From Candidatus Nomurabacteria bacterium (GTDB lineage: Bacteria; Patescibacteriota; Minisyncoccia; Phycocordibacterales; UBA9973): DNA of 58,495 nucleotides. This document shows positions 31,167-39,443 of this stretch, in pieces. The position numbers and the translations under genes are program-made. The notes beneath the pieces were generated by a model. It ran no database searches. It had not been told where the DNA came from and saw nothing but the letters and a program-made list of their open reading frames with translations. The DNA is taken from positions 1-58,495 of the forward strand of contig CALRDL010000004.1 of the NCBI GenBank assembly GCA_943354905.1, given 5' to 3'. How positions within the stretch are numbered: position 1 is the stretch's first letter; every line of letters starts with the position of its first letter.

Positions 31167-31204
31167 CACTTTAGTTTAATAAAGTACTTTACTCTACTAA
31201 AGTA
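31167..31204. promoter_or_regulatory. second tandem YACTTTA-N6-TAAAGTA operator pair
   Basis: CACTTTAGTTTAATAAAGTA and TACTTTACTCTACTAAAGTA, overlapping as at 29052..29089. Confidence 0.6.
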
Positions 31205-31221
31205 GGTTGTTTAAAATTACA

Positions 31222-31845
31222 CTATTCAATAATTAGAACCTCCCCATCTCGTAAAGTTTTATAAGGAATATTATTCTGCTCGCAAAATTCAATTTCTTTA
31301 TCAACACCTGCTGATTCAGGATGATCGGATTTATAATGAGGCATAAATGCAAAATCAACAAATCCCAAACCTTCCCAGACAGTTTCTTTCAATTCTTCAT
31401 ATGGCATTTCTGTAGAATCATCCACAACAGGATAAGCATGCAAGTCTGGAGCAAGCACACATCCAGCTGCGCTATAGCCAGCATATAGAAAATTTTGATT
31501 ATTGTTTTTTAATTCAGTGAGAATTTCATCTAGCCCACTTAATTTCATAGCTTGGCGTAAGACAAAAACATTCCCCCCACTGATAAATATTGCACCAAGC
31601 TCTTCTAACTTATTTTTTAATTCATCTTTTTTATCAAAATAATCTTGTAAGTCTAATAAATAAACTTCTAAACCAAGATCACGCAATAGTTGCATATCTC
31701 TCTCAGCTTTTTCTTTTCTAGTTTTTGAATCAGAACCAGAATGATCTCTGGCGTTAGGAATATATCCTATTTTTTTATTAGGAATTAACTGTTTAAATTT
31801 TTCAACTTCATTCCCTATTCCGTAGGATGATAAATAGAATTTCAT
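31222..31845 (-). CDS. peptidase E-like, S51 family
   Basis: YIPNA, ISGGNVF.L, GYSAAG, GLG.V, PHY. Confidence 0.85.
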   Translation of the reverse strand: MKFYLSSYGIGNEVEKFKQLIPNKKIGYIPNARDHSGSDSKTRKEKAERDMQLLRDLGLEVYLLDLQDYFDKKDELKNKLEELGAIFISGGNVFVLRQAMKLSGLDEILTELKNNNQNFLYAGYSAAGCVLAPDLHAYPVVDDSTEMPYEELKETVWEGLGFVDFAFMPHYKSDHPESAGVDKEIEFCEQNNIPYKTLRDGEVLIIE

Positions 31846-31848
31846 AAA

Positions 31849-32205
31849 TTATATTTTACTCGCACCTACTTTCGCCGCGAGGATAAAATCATTTTCAGAT
31901 AGGCCGCCGATGGCGTGGGTGGAGAGAACGAGCTCAACTTTGTTGTAATGAATCTGAATATCGGGATGATGACCTTCTTGTTCAGCAATATCAGCCACAA
32001 GATTTACAAAATTTATCGCTCCGATAAAATCAGAGAATTTAAATTCTTTGGAAATCTTTTTCGCATCCGCATCTAGTATCCAGCCACCTGCCTGCGCAGG
32101 CAGGCTGACTTCATCTAAATAATCTTGCGCATCTTCTCTCGACAAGGGTTTTATTCCCTTGCCTTCGCAAGCAATACATACTTTTTTTAATAAATCATAA
32201 GACAT
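31849..32205 (-). CDS. phhB: pterin-4-alpha-carbinolamine dehydratase
   Basis: F.F.DF, AEQEGHHPD, STHAIGGLSENDFILAAK; TATAAT 6 nt before ATG 32205. Confidence 0.93.
   Translation of the reverse strand: MSYDLLKKVCIACEGKGIKPLSREDAQDYLDEVSLPAQAGGWILDADAKKISKEFKFSDFIGAINFVNLVADIAEQEGHHPDIQIHYNKVELVLSTHAIGGLSENDFILAAKVGASKI
32087..32104. repeat. 18-bp palindrome CCTGCCTGCGCAGGCAGG, in frame in phhB
   Basis: Perfect copy encoding LPAQAG. Confidence 0.9.
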
Positions 32206-32219
32206 ATTTTTATTATACA

Positions 32220-32936
32220 CTACTTTAACCATTTATCGACTATTTTTTCTAATTGATCTAAGCTATCAAGGACAAAAAGCTTCTTGTGAAATTTATGGGC
32301 ACTGCGATTTATTTTACCAACCATATCAGCATCGTAGGGTAATTTTTCTACTTTTTCAGATAAAGCATTATTTAATTCCCCTTCTGAAGAAATGAGTCCT
32401 GTTCCTAAAACTTTTATCTTGCCTTTCACTTTTAAGAAAGAAAACTCAATCCCATACCACCAGTTATTTGCAATTTTCAATTTATCTTTTTTTGTTTTAG
32501 CTTTTACATACGCCAAGCCAAACTTTTGTACGATTCGAGCATATTTTTTATTCGCTAAAAATGGCAAATGTCCGAAAACATCATGAAAAACATCTGGGAG
32601 TGGCGTATATTCTAAATTTTTCTTTGAACGAATATATTCAGTAACTCGGATTTTTCTTTCAGCTAAACTAGAAATCCACGGACCATCTTCTTCGTATTGG
32701 ACACCAGTGCTTGCAACCTGAAAACCAGTTAGACTTTTTAATTTTATATTGATGGCACGAAAGTTCGGTATAGATCTAGCACTCAACCCTAAAAGTTTCC
32801 AGCCTTGCTTGTGCATAGGATGTGCATAGTTTTTTAAACTTTTTATTCTTCTACCAGCCAAGATACTCCAAACTTCGTGTTCTCTGTTTCGAAACTTTCT
32901 AAAAATACTTTTATTTTTTCTATTTTTTAAGTTCAT
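32220..32936 (-). CDS. phhA: phenylalanine 4-hydroxylase-like enzyme
   Basis: YIR....EYTPLPDVFHDVFGHLPFL, WYGIEF, G.GLISS.GEL; adjacent to phhB. Confidence 0.88.
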   Translation of the reverse strand: MNLKNRKNKSIFRKFRNREHEVWSILAGRRIKSLKNYAHPMHKQGWKLLGLSARSIPNFRAINIKLKSLTGFQVASTGVQYEEDGPWISSLAERKIRVTEYIRSKKNLEYTPLPDVFHDVFGHLPFLANKKYARIVQKFGLAYVKAKTKKDKLKIANNWWYGIEFSFLKVKGKIKVLGTGLISSEGELNNALSEKVEKLPYDADMVGKINRSAHKFHKKLFVLDSLDQLEKIVDKWLK

Positions 32937-32960
32937 TCTAATTTAAATTAAAGTCTAATA

Positions 32961-32996
32961 AAAAGAAAAACCGCCCAACAGGGCGGTTTTTCTTTT
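32961..32996 (-). terminator. attenuator terminator upstream of phhA
   Basis: AAAAGAAAAACCGCCC-TGTT-GGGCGGTTTTTCTTTT. Confidence 0.85.
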
Positions 32997-33011
32997 GTAT
33001 CTTTTGAATTT

Positions 33012-33086
33012 TTAATTCAAATACAAAAGTCCCCGTCCCGTTGGGCGGATATAGTAATAATTAAAATTATGTATTAAAATCTTCAC
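33012..33086 (-). CDS. Tyr-rich attenuator leader peptide (MKILIHNFNYYYIRPTGRGLLYLN)
   Basis: GTG start 6 nt after a TTGACT/TGtTAATGT promoter; TAT TAC TAT run directly before attenuator segment 1. Confidence 0.75.
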   Translation of the reverse strand: MKILIHNFNYYYIRPTGRGLLYLN

Positions 33087-33130
33087 TTCTTCACATTAAC
33101 ATATCAACTTATTCAAGTCAATTGAATTTA

Positions 33131-34051
33131 TTAAATTAAATTTTTCCTAAGTCGTGCAATCTGATATATAGCAAACACTAACACAAATGAAGCTATCCAT
33201 TGAGAAATACTGAGTGAAATATTATTTACTTTCATATCTATTAAAATAGCAATAAATGGAAATGTTAATTCTAGAATGGTTGAAATATGCACTGGAGTTT
33301 TTTCTAATCCTCGATAATAAATGAGCAGTGCCACCATACCCGTAGATATAGCTATTAAAAATAATAAACCAAATTGGGTAGTAGTAGGTGCAGACAAACT
33401 AGAAATCAAACCAGAATTATTGCCAAACAAAAATAATATTGGAAAAGATATGATTAAAGTTGCTAGAAATCTGTAAAAAGTGCTGACTTTGAAATCCACT
33501 TTTCCGAGAAGCATTTTTGAAAAAGTTGTCGATGACCCCCAAGCGAAAGCTGCACCGAGAGCATAAAGTGCAGCGATGACAGTTCCTTCTCCGGTTGATA
33601 AATTTACGACGCCATTTGGAAATGTTACAAAATAAGCGGAAATAAAAGCAAGTAAAGCCCATTTGATATACCTGTTATCCATTTTTTCTTTCAAGAAAAT
33701 TCGCGCCGTAGTGATAGCAAAAATCGGCTGTAATTTTTGCAAAAGAAAAACAACAGAAAGAGAAATAAAATGTACTTTGCCAAGAGCAGTAGTGAACCAC
33801 AGAGTACCAAGAAGTCCACTCAAAACAGAGATCAAAATAATCAACCACCATTCTCTTTTAGAAAGTCTCGTTGCAAGAACATATTTATAAACAAACGGTG
33901 TCAGAATAATCAGCCCAATCAAATGCTCAAAAAATATGATAGTAATAGGTGGTAAAGAATACAAGTGTTGACGAATCAACCCATCAAAAGCCCAGAGTGT
34001 GGCTGCAATAATAATGAAGATCGGGCCAGTGTATGAATTTTCGATTTTCAT
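33131..34051 (-). CDS. EamA/DMT family transporter
   Basis: About 10 TM helices in two repeats, LQKLQPIF, LKEK, ELTFP. Confidence 0.88.
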   Translation of the reverse strand: MKIENSYTGPIFIIIAATLWAFDGLIRQHLYSLPPITIIFFEHLIGLIILTPFVYKYVLATRLSKREWWLIILISVLSGLLGTLWFTTALGKVHFISLSVVFLLQKLQPIFAITTARIFLKEKMDNRYIKWALLAFISAYFVTFPNGVVNLSTGEGTVIAALYALGAAFAWGSSTTFSKMLLGKVDFKVSTFYRFLATLIISFPILFLFGNNSGLISSLSAPTTTQFGLLFLIAISTGMVALLIYYRGLEKTPVHISTILELTFPFIAILIDMKVNNISLSISQWIASFVLVFAIYQIARLRKNLI

Positions 34052-34066
34052 GTTTTAGTATTTTTT

Positions 34067-34555
34067 TTATTTAAGCATGCTAAGTTCCAGCGCGGACAGG
34101 GTGGCTTCGCCACCGACATGAACCCTTTTTTTTGCCTGTTTGAGATTATTCACCGTCAAAACACCAAAACCAACCGGAATGTCATCTTCGAGCATAACCT
34201 CAAGCGCTCCTTCTTGCGCCATTTTGCATACATAATCAAAGTGCGGAGTCTCTCCGCGAATAATGCACCCAAGGGCGACCAGAAAATTATACCTGCCCGA
34301 ACGACCTCCGGGTTGAGCGGGTTTTTTAGTCAGTGCCATTTTATGCAAAGCAAAAGGCAGTTCAACCGAACCGGCCACGCGCACCACCCTTATATTTTTC
34401 TTAGACATTTTACATTTTTCCAAAGTTGCAAGCGCATTGTCTAAAAGCTTATCTGTAATTTCGCTATTCCACCTGGCAACAACAATGCAGGCTTTGAGTT
34501 TACTACCGTTTAAATATTTAGCTGTATTATTTTTTTGTTTACTTTTGATTTGCAT
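34067..34555 (-). CDS. ribH: 6,7-dimethyl-8-ribityllumazine synthase
   Basis: VVARWNSEIT, GSVELP, LGCIIRGETPHFDYV, PVGFGVLT; carries a PAQPGGRSGR insertion. Confidence 0.93.
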   Translation of the reverse strand: MQIKSKQKNNTAKYLNGSKLKACIVVARWNSEITDKLLDNALATLEKCKMSKKNIRVVRVAGSVELPFALHKMALTKKPAQPGGRSGRYNFLVALGCIIRGETPHFDYVCKMAQEGALEVMLEDDIPVGFGVLTVNNLKQAKKRVHVGGEATLSALELSMLK

Positions 34556-35111
34556 ATTTGGCAAGTATATCAAATTCTAAATTAACTAAATCACCGACTT
34601 TTTTATATTTTAAATTTGTGTGGAAGATGGTATACGGAATTATTTTTACAATAAAATTATTTTTAAAAGTTTGTGCCACAGTTAAGCTGATACCTTCAAC
34701 CGCAATCGACCCTTTGTAAACTAATAATTTACAAAATTTTTTATCTGGAATTTTAATTTTAAACACTTTTGAATTTCCCTCCTTTTCTATATCAAGAATC
34801 TTGCCTCGTCCATCAATATGCCCGAGTACCATATGTCCGTCCAGTCTATCACTCATCCTCATCGACTGCTCTGTATTAACTATATCATCTTTTTGCAAAA
34901 AACTTAAATTAGAAAGTTTAAGAGTTTCCGGCATATATTCGAAAAAAATATTTTTCCCCGACTTTTTCACTGTGGAACAGACACCATTAACCGAAATACT
35001 TTCGCCAACTCTCACATCTCGAAAAGGGTTTGTAACTTCCAAAAAAAGTCCACCCTGAGTGGATTTTATGCTTTTCACTTTTGAAGTTTTAGAAATTATG
35101 CCCGTGAACAT
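34539..35111 (-). CDS. ribE: riboflavin synthase (alpha chain)
   Basis: MFTGII, SISVNGVC.TV, GHMV.GHIDG, KGSIAVEGISLTV, VNLEFD. Confidence 0.93.
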   Translation of the reverse strand: MFTGIISKTSKVKSIKSTQGGLFLEVTNPFRDVRVGESISVNGVCSTVKKSGKNIFFEYMPETLKLSNLSFLQKDDIVNTEQSMRMSDRLDGHMVLGHIDGRGKILDIEKEGNSKVFKIKIPDKKFCKLLVYKGSIAVEGISLTVAQTFKNNFIVKIIPYTIFHTNLKYKKVGDLVNLEFDILAKYANQK

Positions 35112-35443
35112 TGTTTTATGTCTTCTTTAATTTGAATAATCAATTCTTTTTCAGTGTCAAATTTTTTATATTCTCGTAAAAACTTTTTTATTTCTAGAGT
35201 CACTTCTTTGCCGTATGCATCTCCATTATACCCTATTAAATGCGCTTCTACTTTTTTTGCTGGACCTATTACTATCCCCGCTCTATATTTTTTTTCATTC
35301 AAAGTCGCCTCCCCAACATACACTCCTTCACTCGGTAATTCTTTTTTTTCCTCTTTTCTTCTCTCTAAATTCACCGTCGGAAATCCCAATTTCTTCCCAT
35401 ATCCATCACCGTGTATAACCCGACCTGTGATTTTAATATCCAT
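35096..35443 (-). CDS. monofunctional riboflavin kinase (RibF C-terminal domain only)
   Basis: G.V.HGDG.GKKLGFPTVN, GVY, VEAHL, FLRE.KKF; no FMN adenylyltransferase domain. Confidence 0.88.
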   Translation of the reverse strand: MDIKITGRVIHGDGYGKKLGFPTVNLERRKEEKKELPSEGVYVGEATLNEKKYRAGIVIGPAKKVEAHLIGYNGDAYGKEVTLEIKKFLREYKKFDTEKELIIQIKEDIKQCSRA

Positions 35444-35461
35444 CAGAATAATTATTCAAAA

Positions 35462-36847
35462 TTATTTTTGAATTTTAAGACCAAGTTCTTTCAATTGTTT
35501 TTCAGATATTGGGGCCGGAGAACCCATCATCAAATCTTTACCTTCTCCGGTTTTTGGAAATGCAATTACTTCTCGAATATTTGGTTCATTTTGGAGAATC
35601 ATTGCAATACGATCGATACCAGGAGCAAATCCTCCATGTGGAGGTGCACCATAAGTAAAGGCTTCGAGCATGTGTCCAAATTTCTTTTGTTGATCTTCTT
35701 CGGAAATATTTAAAAGTTTAAAAACTTGTTTTTGTAAATCTCTTTCGTGAATTCGAATACTTCCAGAAGAAAGTTCATAACCATTCAAAACCAAATCATA
35801 TGCATTTGCGCGAATAGAAAACAAATCCTCACCCCTCATAAACTTTTCTTTATCTTCTTCTTTGATCGAACAAAATGGATGATGCACTGCTTGTACTTCG
35901 CCTTCATCAGTTTTTTCAAACATTGGAAAGTCTAATACCCAAGCAAAAGCAAGTTCATTTGGATTATTTTTATTTATTCGCATATCTGGCTTATCGGAAC
36001 CATATTTTTCTAAAGATTCTTTGTATGATAATCTAGGAAAAGGGATCTGGGTAAAATGTTTTTCTGGGTAAACATTTTTAACTAATTCGATAAACATCGC
36101 CTCAGTGTATTCGAGCACTTCTTCTTGAGTAACAAAAGACATTTCAAAATCAAGTTGTGTAAATTCTGGTTGTCTATCTCCTCTAGTATCTTCATCTCTC
36201 ATACATCTAGCAATTTGAAAATATTTTTCAAAACCAGCCACCATAGAAAGTTGCTTGAATTGTTGTGGTGATTGTGGCAACACATAAAATTGACCATTAA
36301 AAGTCCGAGAAGGAACCACGTATTCCCTAGAACCTTCAGGCGTACCTTTCATTAATATTGGTGTTTCAATTTCAACAAAGTCGTTCTCATGCATATACTT
36401 TCTAAAAAAAGTAATTATTTTATCTCTCATTCGAATATTTTTCTGCATTCTTTCAGTGCGTAAATCAAGATATCTATATTTCATTCTAATATCTTCGCCA
36501 ACTTCCATAGTATTTTCGTTTATTTGAAACGGTGTGGTCTCTGCTTTGTTTAAAACTTCTATATTCAAAACTTCGATTTCTACCCCTCCACCTTGCTTGG
36601 CATTTTTATCATTTCGCTCTTTTACTAAACCTTGAACTTTCAAAACCCATTCTGGACGGATTTCTTTTGCTGAAGCGATAGCCTCAGGATGGGTTGGTAA
36701 AGTCACACATTGCACTTTCCCAGTCATATCTCGCATATCAAAAAATACCATTTTACCCTGATCACGTCTGACATCCACCCAACCAGCAATAACAATTTCC
36801 TTACCAATATGCTCTTTTAAATCTTTTATATAAATTCTATCTTTCAT
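35462..36847 (-). CDS. aspS: aspartate--tRNA ligase (short form)
   Basis: OB-fold, RYLDLR, LPQSPQQFKQ, RDED.R.DRQPEFTQLD.E, HHPF, GAPPHGG.A.G.DR. Confidence 0.95.
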   Translation of the reverse strand: MKDRIYIKDLKEHIGKEIVIAGWVDVRRDQGKMVFFDMRDMTGKVQCVTLPTHPEAIASAKEIRPEWVLKVQGLVKERNDKNAKQGGGVEIEVLNIEVLNKAETTPFQINENTMEVGEDIRMKYRYLDLRTERMQKNIRMRDKIITFFRKYMHENDFVEIETPILMKGTPEGSREYVVPSRTFNGQFYVLPQSPQQFKQLSMVAGFEKYFQIARCMRDEDTRGDRQPEFTQLDFEMSFVTQEEVLEYTEAMFIELVKNVYPEKHFTQIPFPRLSYKESLEKYGSDKPDMRINKNNPNELAFAWVLDFPMFEKTDEGEVQAVHHPFCSIKEEDKEKFMRGEDLFSIRANAYDLVLNGYELSSGSIRIHERDLQKQVFKLLNISEEDQQKKFGHMLEAFTYGAPPHGGFAPGIDRIAMILQNEPNIREVIAFPKTGEGKDLMMGSPAPISEKQLKELGLKIQK

Positions 36848-36897
36848 GTGATTTTACGAAATCATACCGCGCAACGACAATTAAAGCGCGGTAATTG

Positions 36898-37090
36898 AAA
36901 AAGCAAAAATCGCCTCTTCAAACTTACCTTATTTGATAAATTTGCAGGGGCGATTCTTGCGCTTGTGGTGAGGCGCTATCGAACCACGGTGCCACCCTAC
37001 TTCGTCACGCTATAGCTCGGTTACGAGCAAAAGCGGATATCTCTTTTAAGCATCTCCAGCCTCCCCGTTGTCAATGGCTCAACAGCTTCT
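36898..37090 (-). ncRNA. T-box riboswitch (Asp specifier GAC, ultra-short Stem I)
   Basis: AGGGTGGCACCGTGGTTC pairs with GAATCGCCCCT (antiterminator); overlapping long terminator with U tract; GAC in the short 5' stem; upstream of aspS. Confidence 0.85.
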
Positions 37091-37125
37091 TTGTATAATA
37101 ACATGCCTAATTATAAAATCAAACT

Positions 37126-37668
37126 TTAAAATTTATCTGGAAATTCAAATTCATGCACAGAGCTATTATGAATTACTTCGTGCACTTCTTCGTGCAATAT
37201 ATTATGAAGTAAACGAATAATTCCTCCGGAAGTCACCACTAAAATTTTCTTTTCTTTCGAGTTATTTTGTATATACTCGATAAAAGCAAAAACTCTTTGT
37301 GTCACATCTTCGACTGATTCACCACCATACGGACGATAGTCGTATTTTTGATTTTTATCTTTTTCTTTCATTTCCCCCGTAGTATCCATTTCACTAAATT
37401 TTTTTCCTGCAAGTGCTCCAAAATCTCGTTCTCTTAATCTCACATCAAATTTTATTTCTAAATTAAGTTTTTGATTTAAAATTTCTGATGTTTGTTTACA
37501 CCTCAATAAATCAGAGGAATATATTTCATCGAAGTCATTTTCTATTTCTGATAATGTCTTTTGGGCTTGTTCGATACCTTCTCGGTTCAAAGGACTATCA
37601 ATTTGCCCCGTTACAGCACCAGTTGCATTGTTCACTGTTTTTCCATGACGTAAAAAATACATTTTCAT
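37126..37668 (-). CDS. histidine phosphatase (phosphoglycerate mutase family)
   Basis: LRHG.T, SSDLLRC.QT, RLRERDFG, GGES. Confidence 0.9.
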   Translation of the reverse strand: MKMYFLRHGKTVNNATGAVTGQIDSPLNREGIEQAQKTLSEIENDFDEIYSSDLLRCKQTSEILNQKLNLEIKFDVRLRERDFGALAGKKFSEMDTTGEMKEKDKNQKYDYRPYGGESVEDVTQRVFAFIEYIQNNSKEKKILVVTSGGIIRLLHNILHEEVHEVIHNSSVHEFEFPDKF

Positions 37669-37709
37669 AATTAATTTTATTATACTTCATAATTTTTAAG
37701 ATTCATAGT

Positions 37710-37748
37710 AAAAAAGGCGGATCGTTATTTAGACAGACCCGCCTCTTT
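37710..37748 (-). terminator. intrinsic terminator after the ATP-grasp gene
   Basis: AAAGAGGCGGGTC-N12-GATCCGCCTTTTTT. Confidence 0.7.
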
Positions 37749-37769
37749 GTGCGTTGGCTAGACGTGATC

Positions 37770-38801
37770 TTAGCCGATATCCTCCTTCAAACCCACATGG
37801 TAGTTCACGACGCCATTACCACCGTGAACTGGCAGGTTTTTACTTGCCGTTACGGTAAGTTCGGCAAGCTTGCCATTCACAAGATGGACAGCCAGCCGAA
37901 TGAATCTGTCAGCATCTGCGAGTGGGAAGGTTTTTTGCTTTACATACTTCTGGACTACAGTTTCCTTCCCGATGGCATCGAAGTATACCCCTTTTGCCCC
38001 TGAAGAAAATACCTCTTTGGTTACGAACGGACCGTTGTAGGTCGGAGGGATGAACTTTTTCAATTCATCCAACTCCTCACTACTCATTGACCCATAGTTC
38101 TTAAAGAGATACTGATCAAGAAAAGGCAAAGCCATAACTGCCTTGCTTCCCAAGCCGTGACGAGGTGGGTTTATAAAACTATCAGGCCTCTCTTTCCAGC
38201 GAGAAAGAAGCATCCGAGATGCCTTTTCCCCGCAGAGTGGAAAGTCGAGAAAGATTCCATTCTCAGGAAACTTTTGTGCTTCGAGTTGTTCCTCTGAAAA
38301 CACCTTGACTCTTCGGCCAGTGAATTCCGTAAGCTTTTGAGCAAAATACTTCTGCTCGCGAGCGTAAAAACTTTCTTTACGTCCAAGAAAGATGTGAACG
38401 TCATCTGTAACGTACTGGGCGAGTAAAGTGAGCAACTTTTGACGTTCTCCTGCCCCACTTTCGTTGCGACAAGCGAGCGCAAAACCGAGACCATGCTTGT
38501 TGGAAGGATCAATTTCTGCGATCTTCCAATTACCATCCTTGTCAGCCATCACATCCACCCTTACCAACCTCGGAGGGATATGCAGGTGGGTAGTCCCAGC
38601 CTCCAGATAGGTTTCGTTAAGAGTTGCTGAGAGAGACTTGAGCAAAAATCCATCCTGAACTTCAGTGGTAGCGATGAGGAATTTGTTCACCAATTCCCCC
38701 ATTCTAGCCAATTTTACCAGATCCTCTCGAGTAATCCTAAACAAATGCTCATCCAAGATGAACTCATGGGGTTTAGAAACCAAATAATCCAAGTTTTTCA
38801 T
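37770..38801 (-). CDS. circularly permuted ATP-grasp ligase-like protein (GSP synthase/CP_ATPgrasp-like)
   Basis: VRVDV...WKIAEID near the N-terminus; SKA, FVTKEVFSSGAKGV, VVQKYV near the C-terminus; GC-richer, strong SD. Confidence 0.6.
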   Translation of the reverse strand: MKNLDYLVSKPHEFILDEHLFRITREDLVKLARMGELVNKFLIATTEVQDGFLLKSLSATLNETYLEAGTTHLHIPPRLVRVDVMADKDGNWKIAEIDPSNKHGLGFALACRNESGAGERQKLLTLLAQYVTDDVHIFLGRKESFYAREQKYFAQKLTEFTGRRVKVFSEEQLEAQKFPENGIFLDFPLCGEKASRMLLSRWKERPDSFINPPRHGLGSKAVMALPFLDQYLFKNYGSMSSEELDELKKFIPPTYNGPFVTKEVFSSGAKGVYFDAIGKETVVQKYVKQKTFPLADADRFIRLAVHLVNGKLAELTVTASKNLPVHGGNGVVNYHVGLKEDIG

Positions 38802-38917
38802 TATTAACCCCCTCCCAGAGGCTTTTCAAAGAACAATCTTTCCGTTTCCTCTAGGAAACAAAGAACGGCGCTCTTGCGCCGGTTAATGGATTCCTTGTTT
38901 TTAGGTAGAAAAAGAAA

Positions 38918-39001
38918 TCAACAGAACAGCGCAAAAGCCTTGTGCTCTACGCTCCACCAAGAATTTAATATTAATTTGTTTATTTTTAACTTATTCTTCA
39001 T
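38918..39001 (-). CDS. Trp-Trp attenuator leader peptide (MKNKLKINKLILNSWWSVEHKAFALFC)
   Basis: 27-aa ORF with tandem TGG TGG between the Trp operator and the ATP-grasp gene, downstream of trpR. Confidence 0.7.
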   Translation of the reverse strand: MKNKLKINKLILNSWWSVEHKAFALFC

Positions 39002-39022
39002 ATTTTTATAAATTCATACAAA

Positions 39023-39058
39023 ATACTCTTGTATCTATGTACTAGTACATGATAACAT
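39023..39058 (-). promoter_or_regulatory. extended -10 promoter plus TrpR-like operator
   Basis: Minus strand TGTTATCAT-GTACTAGTACATAGATACAAGAGTAT; a 20-bp identical copy lies at 55135..55154. Confidence 0.65.
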
Positions 39059-39116
39059 AAACCAAAATAAAATGCAAGTATTTTATTAGAGTAATGTGAA
39101 AAACTACTTTTAAGCC

Positions 39117-39413
39117 TTATTTTCCGAACTTTTTTAGCATTTGGTGAAATCCACCATCCTTATTTCGAAGCATTCGAGATCCGCGCGTGACAGTACTGAT
39201 GCCCAGACCCAAATCCCCTGCTACAGATCTATGAGTCTCTTTGTTATTTAATTTCTTTATTATTTGCCAACGCAATGCCAAATTTTCAATCTCATTTGGA
39301 GTAAACATATCTTTTAGAAAAAGTGCGATAAAATCTTTATCTGAATTTAATTTGGAAAAAACTTCTAATAATTCTTTTTTATATTCCGAAATTTTTTTAT
39401 TTATGTGTTTCAT
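39117..39413 (-). CDS. trpR: Trp repressor family protein
   Basis: FL.D.FTPNE......RWQIIK.L, R.VA.DLG.GISTVTRGSR.L; near trpS. Confidence 0.85.
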   Translation of the reverse strand: MKHINKKISEYKKELLEVFSKLNSDKDFIALFLKDMFTPNEIENLALRWQIIKKLNNKETHRSVAGDLGLGISTVTRGSRMLRNKDGGFHQMLKKFGK

Positions 39414-39443
39414 ATTAAAGTATAATGTATTTGGAATAAATCA

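Noticed and set aside
35444-35461. FMN riboswitch before the rib genes
   Set aside because: The gap is only 18 nt; the upstream structured RNA is a T-box
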